From: Octopus vulgaris
Lineage: Eukaryota
Assembly (NCBI GenBank): GCA_951406725.2
Contig: OX597815.1
Coordinates: 215,140,001-215,204,000, forward strand
Length of the DNA: 64,000 nt
Direction: 5' to 3'
The notes under the pieces are model-generated. The model saw nothing but the letters and a program-made list of their open reading frames with translations. It was not told the origin of the DNA and did not search any database. Position 1 is the stretch's first letter. Each line of letters starts with the position of its first letter. The translations under genes were made by a program, and so were the position numbers. Positions 55,626 through 64,000 of this stretch are shown here, piece by piece.

Positions 55626-57860
55626 TCATCATCATTGTTTAACGTCCGCTTTCCATGCTAGCATGGGTTGGACGATTTGAGTGAGGGCTGGCGAACCAGA
55701 TGGTTGCACCAGGCTCCAGTCTTGATTTGGCAGAGTTTCTACATCTGGATGCCCTTCCTAATGCCAACCACTCCGAGAGTGTAGTAGGTGCTTTTACGTG
55801 CCAGTCAGGCGGTACTGGCAATGACCTCGCTTGAATCTTTTACACATGCTACCAGCACAGGTGCCAGTGAGGCGATGCTGGTAACAATCATGCTCGAATG
55901 GTGTCTTTTACATGCCACCGGCATGGAGGTCAGATAGCTACTCTGGCAATGATCACACTCACATGGTCCTCTTAACACCCTACTACTTGGGGCTCGAGTG
56001 CCAGTGAGGCGATGCTGGTAACGATCACGCTCGAATGGTGCCTTTTATGTGCCACTGGCTTGGAAGGTGGTTAGCCGCTCTGTCAGCGATCACACTCGTA
56101 TGGTGCTTTCTGCACCCCGCTAGCACGGATGCCAGTCATCGAATTTGATTTCGAATTCACTTGCCTCAACAGGTTTTCGCAAGCAGAGTTCAGTGTCCAA
56201 AGAAGGAAAAGGTACGCATAAGTGGGCTGGTTACGCCCCTAGCATAGACCACTTTATCCCAGGTCTTCCCGGGTCTACCTCTTCCACAGGTTCCCTCAGC
56301 CGCTAGGGTGTGGAACTTTTTGATACAGCTATCCTCATCCATTCTCGCCACATGACCATACCAGCGCAGTCATCTCTCTTGCACACCACAGCTGATGCGT
56401 CTTAGGTCCAACTATTTTCTCAAGGTACTTACACTCTGTCGAGTATGCACGCTGACATTACACATCCATCAGATCATACTGGCTTCATTCCTCGCAAGCT
56501 TACGCATGTCCTCAGCAGTCACAGCCCATGTTTCACTGCCATGTAGCATGGCTGTTCATACACATGCGTCATACAGTTTACCTTTTACTCTGAGCGAGAG
56601 GCCCTTTGTCACCAGCAGAGGTAAGAGCTCTCTGAACTAAGCTATTCTTATTCTAGCAGCTACACTTTCAGCGCACCCACCTCCGCTACTGACTTGGTCC
56701 CCTAGGTAATGGAAGTTATCGACTACTTCTAGTTTTTCTCCCTGGAATGAGGCGGAAGTTGGTCTCTGCGCATTTTCAGTGTTTATTGCTCCCAAGCATC
56801 TGCCACATACAAAAACCATCTTCCTAGTTAGCCTTCCTTTGATATTACTGCACCTCTTATGTGTCCATAGCTTACACTGGGTACATCTACCTACGCATTT
56901 TCTACAGATCGAGCAGGGACATCTACCTGAAAGGATTTGTAGTTTGCCTGCCTTCCTACTTATTATGACTTTGGTTTTAGCTACGTTGACTCTAAGGCCC
57001 TTCGATTCTAATCCTTCTTTCCACACTTGAAACTTCTCCTCTAGTTCTGATAGTGACTCAGCAATTAGAGCAAGGTCATCAGCATAGAGGAGCTCCCAGG
57101 GGCATCCTGTCTTGAATTCCTCCGTTAATTGCCTGGAGGACTATGATAAATAGGATGGGGCTGAGGACTGAACCCTGGTGGACCCCTACCTCTACCCGGA
57201 ATTCTTCACTGTACTTGTTGCCAACTCTCACCTTACTAACAGTGTCCCTGTACATGGCTCGCACAGCTCTCACTAACCATTCATCTATCCTTAGTTTCCT
57301 CAATGACCACCAGATAAGGGATCAGGGGACCCTGTGAAAGGCTTTTTCCATGTCAACGAAAGCCAGGTACAGGGGTTTATCGTTGGCTAGGCATTTCTCC
57401 TGCAGCTGTCTTACCAGGAATATAGCATCAGTGGTGCTTTTTCCTGGCACGAAACCAAACTGCATCTCATTCAAACTGACTCTCTCCCTAATTAGTTGGG
57501 CTATGACCCTCTCCGTGACCTTCATTACCTGATCCAACAGTTTGATACCTCTGTAATTATTTGTATCTAAAGCGTCACCTTTACCTTTGTAGCAGTTGAC
57601 TATTATGCTGCTACACCAGTCGTTGGGTATGACTCCTTCGTGTATCACCTGGTTAACTATACAGGTGACTAGGCTATAGGCGACACTGCCAGATATTTTG
57701 AGCATCTCTGCAGTGATTCCTGATGGGCTGGGGGCTTTCCCGGTCTTCATACTCTTAATTGCTTTATCTACCAAGGTACTGTCAACTCGGATAGCTGGTC
57801 TCTCTGTTGGGTTGACATTCAGCAGACTCTTTCTCCTATTCATTTTCTTTATTCTGCAAC
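55626..57860 (-). mobile_element. 5'-truncated RTE-clade LINE pseudogene (RT + Cys/His finger, long 3' UTR)
   Basis: NYRGIKLL, QFGFVPG, FVDMEKAF, GVHQGSVLSP, LLYADDL, CSICRK..CTQCKLWTHKRCS; frameshifts; short (ATG)n tail at ~55626. Confidence 0.92.
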
Positions 57861-58049
57861 CTTTCATAGTGGCATCTCCAAACCTCTCTCTTTGCAGCCT
57901 CATTTAGCGCAAGTGAGACATCATCCATGCGAACACATTTCTCCTACAATATCACAATTCTCTCTCACACACTGTCTTGCAACATGAAATATACACATAC
58001 AAATATGTATATATATACATAAATATATGTATATACACACACATGCATT

Positions 58050-58086
<37 letters not shown>

Positions 58087-58136
58087 CTATATATATTTCT
58101 GTATATCTATATATATGCAAATATGTGTGTGTGTAT

Positions 58137-58171
<35 letters not shown>

Positions 58172-58278
58172 AACATGTATATATATACACATACAAATAT
58201 ATGTGTGTATGTATATATAAATATATATATATGAAAATATATGTGTGAGTGTATGTATATATGTATATACAAATATAG

Positions 58279-58329
<51 letters not shown>

Positions 58330-58355
58330 TATGTGTATATGTGTATGTTTATACG

Positions 58356-58960
58356 GTTTGAATTTCTATTAACAACGACCACCTGCATGATTAGCAATAA
58401 AATAATTCGTTATTTTTTGGGGTGGCTGGGTGTCAGAAAATTTGAACTGGTCTTCTGGGTTTAACTTTTAGATTAGTCATGCATTGCTAAAGAGGAGGGT
58501 AATTTAGATAAATTTTATAAACGCAGTATGGTAGGTATAGGGCCCACATGAATTTGTTTTCGAATGAAAAATACTTTAATTCTACTACACTTGCCTCTTA
58601 TATACATGGTTTAAAGAGTAATAAGAAAAGATATTCTCTGGAATGGTCTGTTATTTCGAGGGACCCTTACTTCAGAGTAAATATAAATAAGTATAAGCTA
58701 TGTGTCAAGGAATCCCTTCCATCCTTAAGTTTTTTGGGCCCAAAACTTTAAATTTGCTGAGGTGATCCCTTTCTGCAACCATAGGTTTTCATCTACTCTT
58801 TGAAAGTATATAGAAATAAAAATGGTTGCAATAAAATTGTATAGGCTTACGGGAATTTGAAACCAGTGCGTTTGAATTTCTATTAACAACAACCACTTGC
58901 ATGTTTAAGTAATGAAATGATACGTTGTTTTTCTTTTGTGGGTGTTCGAAAATTTGAATA
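58356..58960 (+). mobile_element. Penelope-like element 3' remnant (GIY-YIG endonuclease C-terminal region between pLTR-like repeats)
   Basis: NSTTLASYIHGLK...YSLEWSVI..PY...KLCVKE resembles PLE endonuclease tails; gtttgaatttctattaacaac...gaaaatttgaa occurs at ~58356 and ~58870. Confidence 0.7.
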
Positions 58961-59069
58961 GCGTTGTCGATGCGACTTGTGCATTGTTGTACTTTGGATA
59001 CTGTTGTATTTTTGAGATTTGTTAATTGTTGTTAATGTTGTTTCTTTTTCTTCCCCATTTTTGGGTGAA

Positions 59070-60207
59070 ATGGAGGAACAACGAATAAGCAGTTACACTG
59101 CGGTGGCAGGCAAAAGCCTGCCAGCTGACATTCTGTGATTGAAAGAATTGGTGTTGGAGCAGAAGGATTTCGGAAAGTACAAGGATTATTTAAAAAAGTG
59201 GGAGACTGCCTTAGGCTGATACCCCTGGGAGAAGCGATGGAAAGAGCAGAGAGGAAAATAATAATATACAGAATGCTGGATGTAGAAACAAAAAGAGTGG
59301 AAGTAACAGAGGAATGCCTGACCGAAGTGAAAGGAGTTACGACGTTTTTTACTCGTGGAAGGAAGTACGGCACGGTGGAGGTTCACTTCGTGAACGAGGA
59401 GGAAACGAAAAAGTACTCCACAATGCTGTTGAGATTAGCCAGGTGGGCACTTTTGCCAACCTAACGTGGTAAAAGAGTGGCAAGAGTACAGATTGGGAGA
59501 GTGCCGCCCAAAATAGATGAGGAATGGCTGTTGGACGCTATCCTGTACAACTGTGAGGAGGAGACCAAGATTATCAAGGTGGCAAAATTGGCTGAGATAA
59601 ACTGATGGGGATTTAGACTGGAAATCTTGGTCCATATAACCCTGCCTGACTTGCACAAGATAGCAGAGGAGTTGGTGCTCCCTGATGACACCCGGCTGAG
59701 AATTGTGATGGAGGGGAAGCCTCCAATATGTTATAATTGTGGTACAAGAGGACACATGAAGACAAGGTGTCCCCAGAGACGAGGAAAGAATGGAGAATGA
59801 AGCAGAGGTGGAGGAAAAGAAGGAGGAGGAAATAGGAGGCAGAAAAAGAACAAGTGCAGAGTCATCGCCGAAAAACCTGAAAAAAGAAGAGAAAAGCGGT
59901 AAAAGTACAAGAGAAAAAATTAGTAGAGAAAAGAGACGAGTGAAAATCAAACACCAGAGCCAACAAAAAGAAGGAGAGAAGAAATAGACAAAGAGGAGAA
60001 ATATGAGGAGTGGAAAGGGGAAGTAAGGAGGAGAATGGAATATGTGAGGCAAAGAAAGCAGCCGACTGAATGACACTTAAGAACAATGATAATTTACGAT
60101 AAGGATGTGGGAATTGAGGAAAAGATCGCAAAGGTGAAGAATTTAATAAGAGTAAGAATGGATGAAGAGGTGTTTGGTAGCGAGGAAAGAGCAGTACTGT
60201 TGGACAG

Positions 60208-60254
<47 letters not shown>

Positions 60255-60375
60255 GAGAGAGAGAAATTGACGGAATTGTTTGGAACAAGAATAAGGAAAA
60301 CTGGACTGTACATTTGAAAGAAAGCAACGAGAATGAAATTCTTTGAAAAACCTAAAAAAAAAAAAAAAAAAAGAA
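59070..60375 (+). mobile_element. Decayed LINE ORF1/gag-like sequence (Tx1/L1-like) with zinc knuckle
   Basis: MEEQRISSYTAVAG start, stop-interrupted reading frame, CYNCGTRGHMKTRC at 59729-59770, Glu/Lys-rich tail, poly(A) near 60355. Confidence 0.7.
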
Positions 60376-61168
60376 ACTTTTTTTTCAAGAATATTGTTTA
60401 CTTTAATATTTGTGTCTTTGTGAAATAGATGTTGGTTGGATTATGTTCTTCATTATTTTTGTATTAATGGCGGTGGAGAAGGATGGCGTTCCAGTGTCTT
60501 TTGTTTATTTTAACTCATAAAATTATGTATAATTCAAATTACTTCATCAGTAAATGAAGGATTTAAAAATATCCTTCCTTCCCCCAATCCCCATCCACTC
60601 TAATACTCCAATATAAATATGTTTAATAGGTAATTCCAGCCTGAAGAATTCTATGTTATATAATAATGATAAGTCATTAAAGGCATCATTATGAAAACAT
60701 ATTCAAAATTTTGTTATTAATAACCAAATAGTAGAAACCAATTGACAAGATGAGACATTTCAAATAGTTTTTTTTATAATGAACTGCTGTCAAATGTAAA
60801 TATAGGAAATGTTAACACAGGAGATAATGACTGCGAACGATCTGCTAATTAAAGTGCAATTAGCAACATGGGTGATGGTTTAATTAGCAACATTCACTGG
60901 TAATGAAAAAAAGGGATTACCTCCCCTTGCCTTTCAACCACATCCAAGCATGTTCCATGCATTAAATACCTGCCAGTTGTTACTTAGGGATTCGACAGGA
61001 TTGTTAGCGCATTGCTTAGAATGTATTGAAGTAGTCATTCTGGCATTCTGTGCCCTGAGTTCAAATCCCATCAACGTCAACTTTGCTTTTTCATTCTTTC
61101 AATACAACATCAGGCACTGAAAGGAACAGAACATTATATTTTGAACTCTCTCATTCTATCTCTCTCTT

Positions 61169-61227
<59 letters not shown>

Positions 61228-61569
61228 TTCCTTGAAAGATTTCCACTGTGGTTTGACAGAGAGAGGGGTTAGCTACATCAAGTTTAAAATACCCAAATAT
61301 GAGTGTGAGGAAGGCGTCCTTATGATTCTGACAACATATGATGACTGAAGACAGGGAATGGATATGAATAGACCCCCTCATCAATAGATATACCCAATAC
61401 TCAATCATATTGAACAACCACAGTTATCTGTGGTAGTAGTAAGTACATCAGATAAAAATGCTATCTGATGCGTCTACTGAAAATCTAAGCATGGTCCTGT
61501 CAAACAGTTCCTGTCTATTTATTTGCACAAGCTAATAATGAACCAATGAGAGATCGTGTATGTGGTGGT

Positions 61570-61735
61570 TAGGTCTGTTAGATGTAGCAGCCACATCTGC
61601 CTCGTATCTTAAAACAAAGACATGTGAACTTACATGGTTATATGGTCATTGCAAATAGGAAAAAGACAGGATGGTCACAGCTAGAATGCTTTTGATCTCA
61701 GGCCTGCACAGTCAGGGTTGACCAAGGGCTAAACA
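61570..61735 (+). repeat. Dispersed repeat fragment, also seen at ~20350-20470, 22970-23030 and 23560-23730
   Basis: Shared tagcagcc..atct and aaaagacaggatggtcac segments. Confidence 0.5.
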
Positions 61736-61749
61736 GCAAATTTGTTCAC

Positions 61750-61915
61750 AAGGGATTTATGTATGCTTATCCCTCCAACACCGATTAACAACCGGTGCTA
61801 TTGTGTTCATGTCCCCGTAACTTCGTCGAAAGAGAAAGATAGATTAAATACTAGGCCTACAAAGAATAAGTCCTGGGTTCGATTTTCTCGAATAAAGGCG
61901 CTGCTGCGGCATGGA
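61750..61915 (+). mobile_element. SINE family A 3' fragment
   Basis: gtccccgtaactt...tactaggc...aagtcctggg...aaaggcg.tgct. Confidence 0.65.
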
Positions 61916-61943
61916 ATGTATATACATATATATATATATATTT

Positions 61944-62173
61944 GGCGGTGAGTTGGCAGAAACGTTAGCACGCCGGGCGAAATGCGTAGCCGTATTTCGT
62001 CTACCGTTACGTTCTGAGTTCAAATTCCGCCGAGGTCGACTTTGCCTTCCATCCTTTCGGGGTCGATAAATTAAGTACCAGTTATGCACTGGGGTCGATG
62101 TAATCGACTTAATCCGTTTGTTTGTCCTTGTTTGTCCCCTCTGTGTTTAGCCCCTTGTGGGTAGTAAAGAAAT
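61944..62173 (+). mobile_element. SINE family B, full length
   Basis: Highly similar to 29883-30110. Confidence 0.92.
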
Positions 62174-62418
62174 ATATATATATATATATATATTTAATCA
62201 ATATAGGGTGGCAAAAAAGATTTTGTAGAATTTTTTTGCCACCAGCGGCCTAGTGGGAAAAAATTAAATAGTCATAGACCATTTATAGGTTCAACATCAC
62301 AATCAAGGAACGGCCATAATAGGCCATTCACCCACTAGAAATAACAGCCAAAGCTTTAACCGCAAAATAACATTAATTCCGTAAACCAGGAGAAAATTAA
62401 AAAAACATTTACCCTGTA

Positions 62419-62525
62419 ATTTCTTATACGATGCACCGTTTCATCTACTGTTTAATGGTAAACTAACCTGATTAAATTAAATCAAGCCAATCTTCCATAG
62501 GCCCTTAGATTCCTCAGTAAGAAAT
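62419..62525 (-). ncRNA. Type I hammerhead ribozyme
   Basis: Reverse complement of 63568-63674; predicted cut between 62427 and 62426. Confidence 0.8.
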
Positions 62526-63080
62526 AGCCAGAACGGAACAGATATTTTCACGAGGCATTTCCGTCCCTGCCTCGGCAATATCTGACCTAAAATTTTCAAA
62601 TCATCGCACTCGCGCCAAATTTATCGGCAGCAAATAAATATAAGCCGCCGATTCCATTACGGAATCAACCAGAAAATTCATAATTAATCAATATAGGGTG
62701 GCAAAAAGATTTTGTAGAATTTTTTTGCCACCAGCGGCCTAGTGGGAAAAAATTAAATAGTCATAGACCATTTATACGTTCAACATCACAATCAAGGAAC
62801 GGCCATAATAGGCCATTCACCCACTAGAAATAACAGCCAAAGCTTTAACCGCAAAATAACATTAATTCCGTAAACCAGGAGAAAATTAAAAAAACATTTA
62901 CCCTGTTTACGGAATTGATTAATTATGAATTTTCTGGTTGATTCCGTAATGGAATCGGCGGCTTATATTTATTTGCTGCCGATAAATTTGGCGCGAGTGC
63001 GATGATTTGAAAATTTTAGGTCAGATATTGCCGAGGCAGGGACGGAAATGCCTCGTGAAAATATCTGTTCCGTTCTGGCT

Positions 63081-63187
63081 ATTTCTTACTGAGGAATCTA
63101 AGGGCCTATGGAAGATTGGCTTGATTTAATTTAATCAGGTTAGTTTACCATTAAACAGTTGATGAAACGGTGCATCGTATAAGAAAT
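63081..63187 (+). ncRNA. Type I hammerhead ribozyme (stem II variant UUGAU)
   Basis: AUUUCUUA-CUGAGGA-AUC...GAU-GAAAC-GGUGCAUC-GUA/UAAGAAAU; predicted cut after 63179. Confidence 0.75.
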
Positions 63188-63567
63188 TACAGGGTAAATG
63201 TTTTTTTAATTTTCTCCTGGTTTACGGAATTAATGTTATTTTGCGGTTAAAGCTTTGGCTGTTATTTCTAGTGGGTGAATGGCCTATTATGGCCGTTCCT
63301 TGATTGTGATGTTGAACCTATAAATGGTCTATGACTATTTAATTTTTTCCCACTAGGCTGGTGGCAAAAAAATTCTACAAAATCTTTTTTGCCACCCTAT
63401 ATTGATTAATTATGAATTTTCTGGTTGATTCCGTAATGGAATCGGCGGCTTATATTTATTTGCTGCCGATAAATTTGGCGCGAGTGCGATGATTTGAAAA
63501 TTTTAGGTCAGATATTGCCGAGGCAGGGACGGAAATGCCTCGTGAAAATATCTGTTCCGTTCTGGCT

Positions 63568-63674
63568 ATTTCTTACTGAGGAATCTAAGGGCCTATGGAA
63601 GATTGGCTTGATTTAATTTAATCAGGTTAGTTTACCATTAAACAGTAGATGAAACGGTGCATCGTATAAGAAAT
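63568..63674 (+). ncRNA. Type I hammerhead ribozyme
   Basis: 8-bp stem I AUUUCUUA/UAAGAAAU, CUGAGGA, 5-bp stem II AUCUA/UAGAU, GAAA, quasi-palindromic stem III ACGGUGCAUCGU, GUA site; predicted cut after 63666. Confidence 0.82.
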
Positions 63675-63792
63675 TACAGGGTAAATGTTTTTTTAATTTT
63701 CTCCTGGTTTACGGAATTAATGTTATTTTGCGGTTAAAGCTTTGGCTGTTATTTCTAGTGGGTGAATGGCCTATTATGGCCGTTCCTTGATT

Positions 63793-63844
<52 letters not shown>

Positions 63845-63855
63845 ATATATATATA

Positions 63856-64000
63856 AATCCTTAAATCCTTAAAAATGTTTTAGCCCGATGGCCGCGGCCA
63901 TGCTGGGGCACCACCGCTGAATGAGCTACACTAGTTTGTGAATCCACCTCTGATACGTGGCACTTGGGGAGTTCGATGCTGCTGCCCGCATCCGCGTCTC
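63856..64000 (-). mobile_element. 3' end of a retroposon sharing its tail with SINE family A
   Basis: Minus strand ggtgccccagcatggccgc followed by short (TAAGGATT) repeats; truncated by the window edge. Confidence 0.5.

Larger units (their letters stand above)
62194..63797. mobile_element. Retrozyme/Penelope-pLTR-like array: ~487-490-bp unit, ~1.45 copies minus (62194-62906) and ~1.8 copies plus (62914-63797)
   Basis: Near-identical tandem and inverted copies, no ORF in the track, (TA)n on both sides, one hammerhead per unit. Confidence 0.85.

Noticed and set aside
59435-60076. 213-aa Phe/Ser/Leu-rich minus ORF
   Set aside because: Antisense of purine-rich ORF1 remnant.

Overview
AT-rich, microsatellite-dense animal DNA. 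The SINE families look like those of Octopus, which is my recognition and was not checked. I find no supportable host protein-coding exon. The window is a mosaic of retroelement remnants (R4/Dong-like RLE LINE, CR1, RTE, Tx1/L1, Gypsy LTR, Penelope GIY-YIG), DNA transposons (Tc1 DD34E, DD41D, hAT, several MITEs), two abundant tRNA-derived SINE families and a ~9.8-kb 17-bp satellite running into an assembly gap. The most striking signal is a set of non-coding elements carrying type I hammerhead ribozyme folds, mostly sitting in (TA)n tracts. The best example is a near-identical ~487-490-bp tandem plus inverted array at 62194-63797 with three hammerheads (retrozyme or Penelope pLTR-like). A related 536-bp unit lies at 1290-2105, a near-intact hammerhead at 13689-13739, and a tRNA-headed element with a downstream minimal hammerhead at 18735-19180. 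All folds were paired by eye; none were computed or assayed.
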